Shown: in pieces, positions 37,864 through 48,221 of the stretch | Layout: the number at the start of each line of letters is the position of its first letter | Position numbering within the stretch: the first letter of the stretch is position 1 | Translations under genes and position numbers: made by a program | Notes under the pieces: generated by a model | What the model was told of the DNA's origin: nothing | Seen by the model: only the letters and a program-made list of their open reading frames with translations | Database searches by the model: none | Source of the DNA: Actinomycetota bacterium | GTDB lineage: Bacteria; Actinomycetota; Actinomycetes; Mycobacteriales; JACQDL01 | Direction: 5' to 3' | Assembly (NCBI GenBank): GCA_016201065.1 | Contig: JACQDL010000014.1 | Span: 99,547-163,546 of the forward strand | Length of the DNA stretch: 64,000 nt

Positions 37864-38976
37864 TCAGGATGGATGCCGCCCCGTCATCCGGACGCTTCCC
37901 GTGCCGTGGGTCACCTCACCCATCACCCAGGCTGGGGTACCCCGCTCCCGAAGTACGGCGAGCGCCCGGTCGACCCGATCCGGGTCCAGAGCGGCCACCA
38001 TGCCGACGCCGACGTTCAGGGTGCGCTCCAACTCCGGGCGCGCGACCGGGCCGAGCGTGGCGACCAGCTCGAAGATCGGTGCCGGGGTCCAGGTGGAACG
38101 GTCCACCACCGCGTCGACGTTTGCCGGAAGTACCCGAGCCAGGTTTCCGGCAATGCCACCACCGGTGATGTGGGCGAACGCATGGGGCGTGGCCCCCGCA
38201 ACGAGGGCCAGGCAGTCCTGCGCATAGATCCGGGTCGGGGTCAGCAACTCGGTGCCGAGCGTCACCTGGTTGCCCAGATCGGGGAGCACCGCGTCCAGCG
38301 ACAGCCGGGACATCTCCAGGAGCACGCGGCGGACGAGGGTGAAGCCGTTGGAGTGCAGTCCGGACGAGCCGAGCGCGAGCAGCACGTCACCGGGACGCAC
38401 CAGTTCCTTGCCCAGCACGGCGTCCGCGTCGACGACGCCGAGCCCGGTGCCCGACAGGTCGTAGTCGTCGGCCGCCATCAGGCCGGCATGTTCCGCGGTC
38501 TCGCCACCGACCAGCGCGCAGCCAGCCTGGACGCACCCTTCCGCGATGCCGGCCACGATCTCCGCGATCCGCTCCGGGACGACCCGGCCGCAGGCGATGT
38601 AGTCCTGCAGGAACAGCGGTTCGGCTCCGCAGACCACGAGGTCATCGACGATCATGGCGACCAGGTCGATGCCAATCGTGTCATGCACGCCGAGCTCTCG
38701 CGCGATGGCCAGCTTCGTGCCCACCCCATCGGTGGAGCAGGCCAGCAGCGGGCGCCGCCACCGGGTCAGGTCCAGCGCGAACAGCGAGGCGAAACCGCCC
38801 AGCCCGCCGACGACCTCGGGACGCTGGGTCCTCCGCACCGCCTGGCCCATCAGCTCGACAGCCCGTTCGCCGGCGGCGATGTCGACCCCGGCGGCGGCGT
38901 AGGTCACCGCCGCAGTGGCGGCAGATGTCACCGCCGCAGTGGCGGCGGGGTGCGGGGGACCGGGATTCTCGATCAC
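37864..38976 (-). CDS. purM: phosphoribosylformylglycinamidine cyclo-ligase
   Basis: YAAAGVDIAAGE...DGVGTKL...GGETAEH. The GTG start overlaps the purF stop (GTGA). Confidence 0.9.
   Translation of the reverse strand: MIENPGPPHPAATAAVTSAATAAVTYAAAGVDIAAGERAVELMGQAVRRTQRPEVVGGLGGFASLFALDLTRWRRPLLACSTDGVGTKLAIARELGVHDTIGIDLVAMIVDDLVVCGAEPLFLQDYIACGRVVPERIAEIVAGIAEGCVQAGCALVGGETAEHAGLMAADDYDLSGTGLGVVDADAVLGKELVRPGDVLLALGSSGLHSNGFTLVRRVLLEMSRLSLDAVLPDLGNQVTLGTELLTPTRIYAQDCLALVAGATPHAFAHITGGGIAGNLARVLPANVDAVVDRSTWTPAPIFELVATLGPVARPELERTLNVGVGMVAALDPDRVDRALAVLRERGTPAWVMGEVTHGTGSVRMTGRHPS
38903..38950. repeat. in-frame 24-bp tandem duplication in the purM 5' end
   Basis: gtcaccgccgcagtggcggc occurs twice; encodes AATAAVTS AATAAVTY. 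Confidence 0.8.
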
Positions 38977-40472
38977 GGCAGCACGACCGCGTCCCGGCCC
39001 TTGGCGCTCTCGAGCATGTGCTTGCCGAGCAGCTCCGGCGCGGGCAGCGGGATCGGATACTCGCCGTCGTAGCAGGCCCGGCACAGCCGGTTCCGGGGCT
39101 GCTCCGAGGCCGACACGAGACCGTCCAGCGAGACATAGCCCAGGCTGTCGGCGCCGATCGAGGCGCGGACGCCGTCCACGTCCAGCTCGCTGGAGATCAG
39201 CTCGGTGCGGCTGGCGAAGTCGATGCCGTAGTAGCACGGCCACCGCACCGGAGGGGAGGAGATCCGGACGTGCACGGCGAGCGCGCCGGCCTCCCGCAGC
39301 ATCCGCACCAGGGCGCGCTGGGTGTTGCCGCGAACGATCGAGTCATCCACGACGACGAGCCGGCGCCCACGGATCACGTTGCGCAGCGGGTTCAGCTTCA
39401 ACCGGATGCCGAGCTGCCGGATCGTCTGCGAGGGCTGGATGAAGGTCCGCCCGACGTAGGAGTTCTTCACCAGGCCCAGCCCATAGGGGATGCCGGACTC
39501 CTCGGCGTACCCGATCGCGGCCGGTGTGCCCGACTCGGGCACCGGGATCACCAGCTCCGCCTCGGCCGGCCACTCCCGGGCGAGCCGTCGGCCGACCTCG
39601 ACCCGGGCGGCGTACACGCTGCGGCCCGAGATGTGGGTGTCCGGACGGGCCAGGTAGACGAACTCGAACAGGCACCCCTTCGGGGTCGGTGGGGCGAACC
39701 GCTCGGACCGTAACCCGTCGGCGTCGATCGACACGAGCTCCCCCGGCTCGATCTCGCGCACGAAGGACGCCCCGACGATGTCCAGCGCCGCGGTCTCGCT
39801 GGCCACGACCCAACCCCGGTCCAGCCGGCCGAGCACCAGCGGCCGCACACCGTGCGGGTCCCGCGCCGCGTAGAGAGTCCCCTCATCCATGAAGACAAGG
39901 GAGAACGCGCCGCGGAGGGTGGGGAGCAGCTCCAGCGCGGCCGCCTCGACGGACTGGCCGGCGAGGTTCGCCAGCAGGGTGGTGACCAGGTCGGAGTCGG
40001 TACTCGCGCCCTGCCGGCCGTTGGCGCCGGTCAGCCCGAGCTCACGCACCCGACCGGCGAGCTCCGCGGTGTTGACCAGGTTGCCGTTGTGCCCCAAGGC
40101 GAGCCCACCGCCGGCCAGGGTGCTCCGGAACGTCGGCTGGGCGTTCTCCCAGATGCTGGACCCGGTCGTCGAGTAACGGGTGTGCCCGAGCGCGATGTGA
40201 CCGCGCAGGCTGCTCAGCGTGACCTCGTCGAACACCTGGGCCACGAGCCCGAGATCCTTGTAGACGACGATGCGCTCGCCATCGCTGACCGCGATCCCCG
40301 CGGCTTCCTGGCCGCGATGCTGCAACGCGTAGAGTCCGAAATACGCGAGCTTGGCGACGTCCTCGCCGTGGGCCCACACACCGAACAGGCCGCACTCCTC
40401 GCGGGGTGGGGCCTCCATCCCGTCGGTGACGGACAGCTCCACCGATCCGGCGCTGCCGTGGCAGTGCGGCAC
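38973..40472 (-). CDS. purF: amidophosphoribosyltransferase
   Basis: Propeptide then CGLFGVW, plus a PRTase motif VVVDDSIVRGNT. Confidence 0.95.
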   Translation of the reverse strand: MPHCHGSAGSVELSVTDGMEAPPREECGLFGVWAHGEDVAKLAYFGLYALQHRGQEAAGIAVSDGERIVVYKDLGLVAQVFDEVTLSSLRGHIALGHTRYSTTGSSIWENAQPTFRSTLAGGGLALGHNGNLVNTAELAGRVRELGLTGANGRQGASTDSDLVTTLLANLAGQSVEAAALELLPTLRGAFSLVFMDEGTLYAARDPHGVRPLVLGRLDRGWVVASETAALDIVGASFVREIEPGELVSIDADGLRSERFAPPTPKGCLFEFVYLARPDTHISGRSVYAARVEVGRRLAREWPAEAELVIPVPESGTPAAIGYAEESGIPYGLGLVKNSYVGRTFIQPSQTIRQLGIRLKLNPLRNVIRGRRLVVVDDSIVRGNTQRALVRMLREAGALAVHVRISSPPVRWPCYYGIDFASRTELISSELDVDGVRASIGADSLGYVSLDGLVSASEQPRNRLCRACYDGEYPIPLPAPELLGKHMLESAKGRDAVVLP

Positions 40473-40515
40473 GGGCGATGCTCCTCACAGCGGGGGCTAG
40501 CGGGCAGGCTTGAGT

Positions 40516-41154
40516 CTACCCGGCCGGCCCTTCCCCATCCGCCGGATCGGAGGGTGAACCCGACCCCGCCCGCAGTACCGCGAGCCTCCGGTCGAGCAAC
40601 TCCGCGAGCCGGGCGGCCGGAAACCGATCCGGACCGAAGACCGCCTGCAGCGCGAGCCCGTCAACGAACGACACCAGCGCGACCGCCTCAGTTGCCGGGT
40701 CGATCCCGGCGGCCAGCTCACCCTGGCCGGCGGCCTGCCGGAGCAGCGCGGTCAGCGCCTCCTCCCACTCCGTGTACACCCGCCGCTGCGCCTCCGCCAA
40801 CGCCGGCCGGGCCAGCGCGTGGCCGAGGAAGGCGAACCACACCCGCACCTCGTCGCGGCGCACGGGGTCCATCGGCAAGGCGTTGCGCAGCGTCCAGCGC
40901 AGCACGGACAACGGCGGCCCCACCACGTGCCGGCGAGCGGTGCGCTCGACGAGCGCGTCCGAAACCTGGCCGAAGGCGACCAGCAGCAGCGCGTCCTTGC
41001 CGGTGAAGTAGTGCGCGAGCACCCCCGGTGACCAGCCCGACTCGGTCGCGACGTGGCGGATCGTCACGGCCTCGACGCCGTCCCGCAAGATCAGCCGGAC
41101 GACCGCCTCGGCAACCTCCCTGCGGCGGACCGCGTGATCGACAAGCTTGGGCAC
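40516..41154 (-). CDS. TetR-family transcriptional regulator
   Basis: N-terminal HTH region VTIRHVATESGWSPGVLAHYF. It sits directly upstream of purF-purM on the same strand. Confidence 0.9.
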   Translation of the reverse strand: MPKLVDHAVRRREVAEAVVRLILRDGVEAVTIRHVATESGWSPGVLAHYFTGKDALLLVAFGQVSDALVERTARRHVVGPPLSVLRWTLRNALPMDPVRRDEVRVWFAFLGHALARPALAEAQRRVYTEWEEALTALLRQAAGQGELAAGIDPATEAVALVSFVDGLALQAVFGPDRFPAARLAELLDRRLAVLRAGSGSPSDPADGEGPAG

Positions 41155-41167
41155 CTCGGCAGTGTAT

Positions 41168-41183
41168 TTAGACGGCCGTCCAA
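41168..41183. promoter_or_regulatory. imperfect palindrome TTAGACGGCCGTCCAA next to the TetR start
   Basis: 10-bp perfect core GACGGCCGTC, 14 nt upstream of the GTG at 41154. Confidence 0.3.
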
Positions 41184-41248
41184 TATTGCCGGATCAGGTG
41201 GAGCCGGTGATCCGCGTGGCGCCGGAACCGTCCGGGGCTGTCAGACCA

Positions 41249-41262
41249 GATCTGATCAGATC
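41249..41262. promoter_or_regulatory. perfect palindrome GATCTGATCAGATC within a (GATCA)n tract
   Basis: Lies about 100 nt upstream of the TetR gene. The same 18-mer caGATCTGATCAGATCag recurs at 58217-58234. Confidence 0.35.
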
Positions 41263-41265
41263 AGA

Positions 41266-41712
41266 TCAGATCAGCGGCAGGTAGCCGGACAGGTCAGCAC
41301 GGTCACCGCTGACCACCAGCCGGCCGTCGGCCACGGCGGCCGGCCAGCTCAGGCGACCACCGGCCAGCAGAAGCCAGGTCAGCGGGTCGGTCTCCACGAC
41401 GTTCGGCGGGGTACCCCGGGTGTGGCGCGGCCCGGGCACCGCCTGGACCGCGACATGCGGTGGGACCCGCAGCTCCACGGATCGCCCGGGGGCACGCTCG
41501 GCAAGCCGGTTCGCCAGCTCCACGACGGCGGCACGGAGCGCTGGCGCCGGGATGGCGCCGTCCTCGTCGGAGATGGCCAGCACCGCCTCGACGAGCTGCT
41601 GCGCCAGCAGCGGTCCCGCCGGCAACGCGCTCGCACAGTCCGGTGGCTCGCTCGCACCGAGCGTGGCCAGCGCAGCGCCCAGCCGCTCCGGGTCGTACCG
41701 CCGCCGCGCCAC
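41266..41712 (-). CDS. sterol carrier family protein
   Basis: [48 protein letters not shown] at 41712. Confidence 0.7.
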   Translation of the reverse strand: MARRRYDPERLGAALATLGASEPPDCASALPAGPLLAQQLVEAVLAISDEDGAIPAPALRAAVVELANRLAERAPGRSVELRVPPHVAVQAVPGPRHTRGTPPNVVETDPLTWLLLAGGRLSWPAAVADGRLVVSGDRADLSGYLPLI

Positions 41713-41722
41713 GGCGACCCGC

Positions 41723-44032
41723 TCAGCCCTCGAACAGGGCCGGCAGCGTGCCGCTCCACGCGGCGCGCAGCTCAGCCAGCGGAACCGCCAGCACCGCGTC
41801 GATGACCAGATCGGTGGAGCTCGCCTGGACGGTGCCGAGATCGGTCCAGGGCACGCCGTGGCTGCCGCACAGGTCAGCCATGGCTGCCCGGTCATCCGGC
41901 CGGACCGCCACCAGCGCCCGCCCTGCCGACTCGGCGAACAACCACACGAACGGGTCCGCCCCGGCGGGCAGCGTGATCCGCGCTCCGGCCTCGCCACGCA
42001 GGCAGGCCTCGACCAGGACCTGGGCCAGCCCACCGTCCGACAGGTCGTGCGCGGCGGCCAGCAACCCGGTGGCGGACGCCGCCACCAGCACCTCGGCGAG
42101 CGCGGCCTCGGCGGCCAGATCGACCTCGGGTGGGCGGCCACCGAGGTGCCGGTGCACCGTCCACGCCCACTCCGAGCCCCCGAACTCGGGGCGGGTCCGG
42201 CCGAGCAGCAGCAGCGCCGCGCCGTCCGCGCCACCGAACCCCATCGGCGTACGCCGGCGCACGTCGGGCAGCACCCCGAGCACGCCGACCACCGGTGTGG
42301 GCAGGATCGCGGTGTCCCCGGTGGAGTTGTAGAAACTCACGTTGCCACCGGTGACCGGCGTGCCGAGCGCCTGGCACCCGTCGGCCAGCCCGGTCACGGT
42401 CCGCTCGAACTGCCACATCACGCCCGGGTCCTCGGGACTGCCGAAGTTCAGGCAGTTGGTGATCGCGACCGGCCGGGCACCGGTGCTGGCCACGTTGCGG
42501 TACGCCTCGGCGAGGGCGAGCTGGGCGCCGGCGTACGGGTCGAGCCGGCAGTACCGGCCGTTGCCGTCGCATGCGACCGCGACGCCGAGCCCGGACACCT
42601 CGTCGACCCGGATCACGCCGGCGTTCTCCGGCTGGGCGAGCGCGGTGTTGCCCTGGACGTAGCGGTCGTACTGGTCGGTGACCCAGCTCTTGTCACACAG
42701 GTTCGGGCTGGCCACCAGGGCCAGCAGGGTGGCCCGGAACTCCGCCCCGGTGGCCGGCCTCGGCAGCCGGGCCGGGTCGTCGGCGACCAGGGCGTCCTGG
42801 TCGGCGGGACGGGCGAACGGCCGCTGGTATACCGGCCCCTCGTGGGCGACCGTGCGGGGCGGCACATCGACGATGGTCTCACCGTGCCAGGTGACCACCA
42901 GCCGCCCGCCCCGGCTGGCCTCCTCCGGTGAGACCGCGGTGACCTCGCCGATCACCCGGGCGTCGACATCCCACCTGGCACACACCGCGAAGAAGGCCGC
43001 GACGTGCTCGGGGGCGACCACCGCGCACATCCGCTCCTGGGACTCGCTGGCGAGGATCTCCTCCGCGCTCATCGACGGCTCGCGCAGGTGCACCCGGTCC
43101 AGGTCCACGACCATGCCGCCCTCGCCAGCGCTGGCCAGCTCGCTGGTGGCGCAGGACAGGCCCGCACCACCGAGGTCCTGGATGCCGACCACCAGGCCGG
43201 CGTCGTAGAGCTCCAGGCAGCACTCGATGAGCACCTTCTCGGCGAACGGGTCGCCAACCTGGACGCTGGGACGCTTCGCCGGCGCGCCGGAGTCGTCGAA
43301 CGTCGCCGAGGCGAGCACGGACACCCCACCGATCCCGTCCCGGCCGGTGCGGGCGCCGAACAGGATGACCTTGTTGCCGACGCCCGAGGCGTGCGCGAGC
43401 ATGATCCGGTCCGCCTTGAGCACTCCCACGCACAACGCGTTGACCAGCGGGTTGCCGGCGTAGCTCGGGTCGAAGACCAGCTCACCACCGACGTTCGGCA
43501 GGCCGAGGCAGTTGCCGTAGCCGCCGACGCCGGCCACCACGCCCGGCAGCACTCGCCGGGTGTCGGCCGCGTCGGCCGGGCCGAACCGGAGCGGGTCGAG
43601 GACCGCCACCGGCCGGGCACCCATCGCGAGGATGTCCCGGACGATCCCGCCGACCCCGGTCGCCGCACCCTGGTAGGGCTCGACGTACGACGGGTGGTTG
43701 TGCGATTCGATCTTGAAGGTGACGGCCCAGCCGTCGCCGATGTCGACCACCCCGGCGTTCTCGCCGATGCCCACCAGCAGCGCGTCCGAGGCGGGGGCCT
43801 TCTCGCCGAACTGGCGCAGGTGCACCTTGCTGGACTTGTAGGAGCAGTGCTCCGACCACATCACCGAGTACATCGTCAGCTCGGCGGCGGTGGGGCGGCG
43901 GCCGAGGATCTGCCGGATCCGGTCGTACTCGTCGTCCCGGAGCCCCAGCTCGGCGTACGGCTGTGGTTCGTCGGGAGTGTTCGTCGCCCGGGCCACGGTG
44001 TCCAGGGCGCTGGCGCTGGTCCCGGTGGTCAC
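41723..44032 (-). CDS. purL: phosphoribosylformylglycinamidine synthase subunit PurL
   Basis: [19 protein letters not shown] and related motifs. The GTG start overlaps the purQ stop. Confidence 0.95.
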   Translation of the reverse strand: MTTGTSASALDTVARATNTPDEPQPYAELGLRDDEYDRIRQILGRRPTAAELTMYSVMWSEHCSYKSSKVHLRQFGEKAPASDALLVGIGENAGVVDIGDGWAVTFKIESHNHPSYVEPYQGAATGVGGIVRDILAMGARPVAVLDPLRFGPADAADTRRVLPGVVAGVGGYGNCLGLPNVGGELVFDPSYAGNPLVNALCVGVLKADRIMLAHASGVGNKVILFGARTGRDGIGGVSVLASATFDDSGAPAKRPSVQVGDPFAEKVLIECCLELYDAGLVVGIQDLGGAGLSCATSELASAGEGGMVVDLDRVHLREPSMSAEEILASESQERMCAVVAPEHVAAFFAVCARWDVDARVIGEVTAVSPEEASRGGRLVVTWHGETIVDVPPRTVAHEGPVYQRPFARPADQDALVADDPARLPRPATGAEFRATLLALVASPNLCDKSWVTDQYDRYVQGNTALAQPENAGVIRVDEVSGLGVAVACDGNGRYCRLDPYAGAQLALAEAYRNVASTGARPVAITNCLNFGSPEDPGVMWQFERTVTGLADGCQALGTPVTGGNVSFYNSTGDTAILPTPVVGVLGVLPDVRRRTPMGFGGADGAALLLLGRTRPEFGGSEWAWTVHRHLGGRPPEVDLAAEAALAEVLVAASATGLLAAAHDLSDGGLAQVLVEACLRGEAGARITLPAGADPFVWLFAESAGRALVAVRPDDRAAMADLCGSHGVPWTDLGTVQASSTDLVIDAVLAVPLAELRAAWSGTLPALFEG

Positions 44033-44709
44033 GCGACGCCCACCAGGTGGGAGAGGACGGAGGTGAACATGCCCAGCCCATCGGCGCTCGGCCCGGTCAG
44101 CGGGTCGACCGCGTGCTCGGGGTGCGGCATCAACCCGACCACGGTGCCGGTCTCGTTGCACACCCCGGCGATGTCGCGGGCGGAACCGTTCGGGTTGCCC
44201 CGCAGGTACCGGAAGACCACCCGCCCCTCGGCCTCCAGCGCATCGAGGGTGCGTCGGTCGGCGACGTAGCCGCCCTCGCCGTTCTTCACCGGGATCCGCA
44301 GCTCAGCGCCCGCGCCGTAGGCCGACGTCCAGGGTGTGCGCACGCTGTCCACCCGCAGCCACTGGTCGCGGCAGACGAACCGGCGCTGCGCGTTGCGGAT
44401 CAGTGCCCCCGGCAGCAGGTGCGACTCGCAGAGCACCTGGAAACCGTTGCAGATGCCGAGCACCGGCAACCCGCCGCGGGCCGCGGACACCACCCGTTCC
44501 ATCACCGGGGCGAAGCGGGCGATCGCGCCGCAGCGGAGGTAGTCGCCGTAGGAGAAGCCGCCGGGGAGGACCACCGCGTCGACCCGGTGCAGGTCGGCGT
44601 CGCCGTGCCACAGCGGGACCGCCTGGGCGCCGGCCAGCCGCACCGCCCGCGCCGCGTCACGGTCGTCCAGCGATCCAGGAAATGTGACGATGCCAATGCG
44701 TGCAGTCAT
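44029..44709 (-). CDS. purQ: phosphoribosylformylglycinamidine synthase subunit PurQ
   Basis: IGIVTFPGS...GICNGFQ...MPHPE. Confidence 0.95.
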   Translation of the reverse strand: MTARIGIVTFPGSLDDRDAARAVRLAGAQAVPLWHGDADLHRVDAVVLPGGFSYGDYLRCGAIARFAPVMERVVSAARGGLPVLGICNGFQVLCESHLLPGALIRNAQRRFVCRDQWLRVDSVRTPWTSAYGAGAELRIPVKNGEGGYVADRRTLDALEAEGRVVFRYLRGNPNGSARDIAGVCNETGTVVGLMPHPEHAVDPLTGPSADGLGMFTSVLSHLVGVA

Positions 44710-44860
44710 GAGCCGGCGGGCAAGGTCATGTGAGGTGACTCCCGGAGGTCGGGCGGCGGGTCACCACGAGCCTACCCGGCCCGATCCGCCCGGCCGGCCG
44801 GCGACCTGCCTTGTGGTTCGTCCAGCCGGGTGTCCTCCCCGATGCGGGACGACTCACGAC

Positions 44861-45094
44861 TCAGCCGGTGTGGACGGTGAACTCCTCGATCACCGGGTTG
44901 GCGAGGAGCGTCTCCGCGATCCGCCGCACCGTCTGCTCGGTCATCTCGTCGACGACGTCGAGCTCGAACCGCTTGCCCTGCCTGACGGCCCGGACCCCGT
45001 CGAACCCGAGCCGGGGCAGCGCGCCGAGGATCGCCTGGCCCTGCGGGTCGAGGATCTCCGGCTTGAGCATGACGTCGACTACGACTCGCGGCAC
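44861..45094 (-). CDS. purS: phosphoribosylformylglycinamidine synthase subunit PurS
   Basis: VPRVVVDVMLKPEILDPQGQAI.... GTG 45094 follows GGGAG. Confidence 0.85.
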   Translation of the reverse strand: MPRVVVDVMLKPEILDPQGQAILGALPRLGFDGVRAVRQGKRFELDVVDEMTEQTVRRIAETLLANPVIEEFTVHTG

Positions 45095-45179
45095 CGCTGA
45101 CTCCCTGATCGATCCGGATCGCCCCACGCAGGGTAGCGGCACACGGGGTAGCCGGCCCGGCGCTGCCCCACGGTGCAGG

Positions 45180-46055
45180 TCAGTCGGGCCAACGGGTGAA
45201 GCTCAGCCCGGTCAGCAGCTCGTACGCCTCGACGTAGCGACTCCGGGTCGCCTCGACGACGTGAGCCGGCAGCGGAGGCGGCGCCGAGACACGGTCCCAG
45301 CCAGAGTCGCGCACCAGCCAGTCCCGCACGTACTGCTTGTCGTACGACGGCTGCGACCGACCCGGCCGCCACTGGTCGGCCGGCCAGAACCGGGAGGAGT
45401 CCGGGGTGAGCACCTCGTCACCGAGCACGACGGTGCCGGACCGGTCGAGTCCGAACTCGAGCTTGGTGTCGGCCAGCAGGATGCCCCGGTCGGCGGCGAG
45501 ATCCCGGGCGGTGCCGTAGACGGCCAGGGTCAGCTCGCGGAGCCGGGTCGCGGTGCCGGCGCCGACCGCGTCCACCACCCGGTCGAGACCGACGTTCTCA
45601 TCGTGCTCACCGACGGCGGCCTTGGTGGCCGGCGTGAAGATCGGCTCGGGGAGCCGGGAGCCGTCGACCAGCCCGGCCGGCAGCGGGACCCCGCACACCG
45701 CCCCAGACTCGGCATAGTCGACCAGTCCGGAGCCGGCGAGGTAGCCACGCGCCACGCACTCGATCGGGAACATGGCCAGCCGGCGGACCAGCATCGCCCG
45801 GCCACGCACCTCGGCCGGTATCCGCGGGTCGTCCACAGCGACCAGGTGGCTGTGGACGATCGCGGCCAGCCGGTCGAACCACCACGCGCTCATCGCGGTG
45901 AGGATGCGCCCCTTGTCGGTGATCGGGGTGGGCAGCACCCAGTCGTACGCCGAGATCCGGTCGCTGGCCACCACCAGCAACAGCTCGTCGTCCACGGCGT
46001 ACAGGTCCCGGACCTTGCCCGTGTGCAGGTGCGGGTAGTCGGCGAGGGTCGGCAC
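45180..46055 (-). CDS. purC: phosphoribosylaminoimidazole-succinocarboxamide synthase
   Basis: HTGKVRDLY...[10 protein letters not shown]...[12 protein letters not shown] 46055 chosen. Confidence 0.9.
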   Translation of the reverse strand: MPTLADYPHLHTGKVRDLYAVDDELLLVVASDRISAYDWVLPTPITDKGRILTAMSAWWFDRLAAIVHSHLVAVDDPRIPAEVRGRAMLVRRLAMFPIECVARGYLAGSGLVDYAESGAVCGVPLPAGLVDGSRLPEPIFTPATKAAVGEHDENVGLDRVVDAVGAGTATRLRELTLAVYGTARDLAADRGILLADTKLEFGLDRSGTVVLGDEVLTPDSSRFWPADQWRPGRSQPSYDKQYVRDWLVRDSGWDRVSAPPPLPAHVVEATRSRYVEAYELLTGLSFTRWPD

Positions 46056-46066
46056 GACCCGAGTCT

Positions 46067-46108
46067 GCCAGGCCGCCCGGGCCAGGCCGCCCGGGCCAGG
46101 CCGCCCGG
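46067..46108. repeat. 14-bp tandem repeat x3 in the purC-purB divergent intergenic region
   Basis: gccaggccgcccgg occurs three times in a row. The unit is not a multiple of 3. Confidence 0.85.
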
Positions 46109-46185
46109 GCCGGTCCGGTGGGCCGGTCCGATCGCCGTGCCGGACAATGATGGGGCCCCGACCCGTGACCCCTGATGAGTGAGCC

Positions 46186-47619
46186 ATGCCTGCCGCTCCC
46201 CCGATCGCCGACGTCCTCGCCACCCGGTACGCCTCGCCCGCCATGCGGCGGCTGTGGTCACCCGAGCACAAGGTCGTCCTGGAACGGCGGCTCTGGCTGG
46301 CCGTCCTGCGGGCCCAGCAGGATCTCGGCGTCGACGTTCCGCGCGGTGTGATCGAGGACTACGAGCGGGTCGTGGACCAGGTCGATCTGGCGTCCATCGC
46401 GGCCCGCGAGCAGGTCACCCGGCACGACGTGAAGGCGCGGATCGAGGAGTTCTCCGCGCTGGCCGGGCACGAGCACATCCACAAGGGGATGACCTCGCGG
46501 GACCTCACCGAGAACGTCGAACAGCTCCAGCTCCGCGACTCACTGCGGCTGGTGGCCGACCGGATGGTGGCGACCCTGGCCCGGCTGGCCACGCTGGCGG
46601 TGGAACACGCCGGCACAGCGCTGGTCGGCCGGTCGCACAACGTGCCCGCGCAGGCCACCACGCTGGGCAAACGGTTCGCCACGGCAGCCGAGGAGCTGCT
46701 GGTGGCGCATGCACGGGTGACCGAGCTGCTGGCCCGCTACCCGCTGCGCGGGATCAAGGGACCGGTCGGTACCGGCCAGGACATGCTCGACCTGCTCGGC
46801 GGTGACGAGCAGGCGCTGGCGGAGCTGGAACGGCGGGTCGCCGGGCACCTGGGCTTCGACCGGCTCCTCACCAGCGTCGGCCAGGTCTACCCCCGCTCGC
46901 TGGACTACGAGGTGCTCACCGCGCTGGTCCAGGTCGCCGCCGGGCCGGCCAGCCTCGCCACCACGATCCGGTTGATGGCCGGACACGAGCTGGTCACCGA
47001 GGGGTTCCGGGCCGGGCAGGTGGGGTCCAGCGCGATGCCGCACAAGATGAACACCCGCTCCTGCGAGCGGATCTCCGGGCTGGCGGTGGTGCTACGCGGG
47101 TACGCCGGGATGGTGGGCGAGCTGTCCGGCGCCACCTGGAACGAGGGGGACGTGTCCTGCTCGGTGGTCCGCCGGGTGGCGCTGCCCGGGGCGTTCTTCG
47201 CCGTGGACGGGTTGTTCGAGACGTTCCTCACCGTGCTGGACGAGTTCGGCGCCTACCCGGCCGTGATCGCGCGGGAGGTGGAGCGGTACCTGCCGTTCCT
47301 GGCCACCACGAAGGTGCTGATGGGCGCGGTCAAGCACGGCGTCGGGCGGGAGACCGCGCATGAGGTGATCCGCCAGCACGCTGTCGCGGTCGCGCTGGCG
47401 ATGCGGGAAGACGGCCAGGCCGGCAACGACCTCATCGACCGGTTGGCCGCCGATGGCCGGCTGGGGTTGTCCCGGGACGATCTGGCGACCCTGCTCACCG
47501 ACCCCCTGTCGTTCACCGGAGCGGCCGGCTCCCAGGTCACGGCCATCGCCGCCCGGGTCGCCGACGTGGTCCGCCGGCACCCGGAGGCGGCTGGCTACAC
47601 CCCCGCACCCATCCTCTGA
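46186..47619 (+). CDS. purB: adenylosuccinate lyase
   Basis: 477 aa with SSAMPHKMN signature. Confidence 0.95.
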   Translation: MPAAPPIADVLATRYASPAMRRLWSPEHKVVLERRLWLAVLRAQQDLGVDVPRGVIEDYERVVDQVDLASIAAREQVTRHDVKARIEEFSALAGHEHIHKGMTSRDLTENVEQLQLRDSLRLVADRMVATLARLATLAVEHAGTALVGRSHNVPAQATTLGKRFATAAEELLVAHARVTELLARYPLRGIKGPVGTGQDMLDLLGGDEQALAELERRVAGHLGFDRLLTSVGQVYPRSLDYEVLTALVQVAAGPASLATTIRLMAGHELVTEGFRAGQVGSSAMPHKMNTRSCERISGLAVVLRGYAGMVGELSGATWNEGDVSCSVVRRVALPGAFFAVDGLFETFLTVLDEFGAYPAVIAREVERYLPFLATTKVLMGAVKHGVGRETAHEVIRQHAVAVALAMREDGQAGNDLIDRLAADGRLGLSRDDLATLLTDPLSFTGAAGSQVTAIAARVADVVRRHPEAAGYTPAPIL

Positions 47620-47648
47620 CCCATCCCGACCACGGCACCCCGGCCGGA

Positions 47649-48065
47649 TCATGCTCGGTCCGGCGGCCGCGGCGGCACCGCCCCGTCCGGCGGCGGCTGC
47701 TGGCAGTCGCGGTGGTCGCACCAGGCCAGGCCCAGATAGCCGGGCGGGGCGCCCAACCCGTGGGCGACCCGCGCGAGCACGTCGTAGGTGCGCACCCGGC
47801 GACCACGAACGACCGCGCACACCTCCGGCTGCGACTGCCCGACCAGCGCCCCGATCGCGTTCTGGCTGTACCCCTGCCGCTGCAACAACCGGTACACCGT
47901 GCTCAGGTCCTGCCGGGCCAACGCCACCCGCATCACAGGTTCATCCCACAACCCCACATCCGGCCGCACCGGCACCGACCGCAACGACCACGAACGGCCG
48001 ACCGATCCACCAGAGATCATCTCGGCACCACGGCTCGCCGACTCCGGACTTTGCGGTGATCTCAT
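47649..48065 (-). CDS. small HTH (XRE-like) DNA-binding protein
   Basis: 138 aa from ATG 48065 (GGAAGG RBS). HTH-like YSQNAIGALVGQSQPEVCAVVRGRR. Confidence 0.65.
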   Translation of the reverse strand: MRSPQSPESASRGAEMISGGSVGRSWSLRSVPVRPDVGLWDEPVMRVALARQDLSTVYRLLQRQGYSQNAIGALVGQSQPEVCAVVRGRRVRTYDVLARVAHGLGAPPGYLGLAWCDHRDCQQPPPDGAVPPRPPDRA

Positions 48066-48221
48066 CGGTATCGCCTTCCGGTTGACTGCCGCCACGATCG
48101 CCACGATCGCCACGAAGGCACCGGGTCGGTCGTACAATTTGTGCGATTCAATCCTTGGTGAGTGAGGAAGGCTCGGCGAACCCGCTCGAGCACTTGGTCG
48201 ACGAAAATGGAGGCATCCGCG

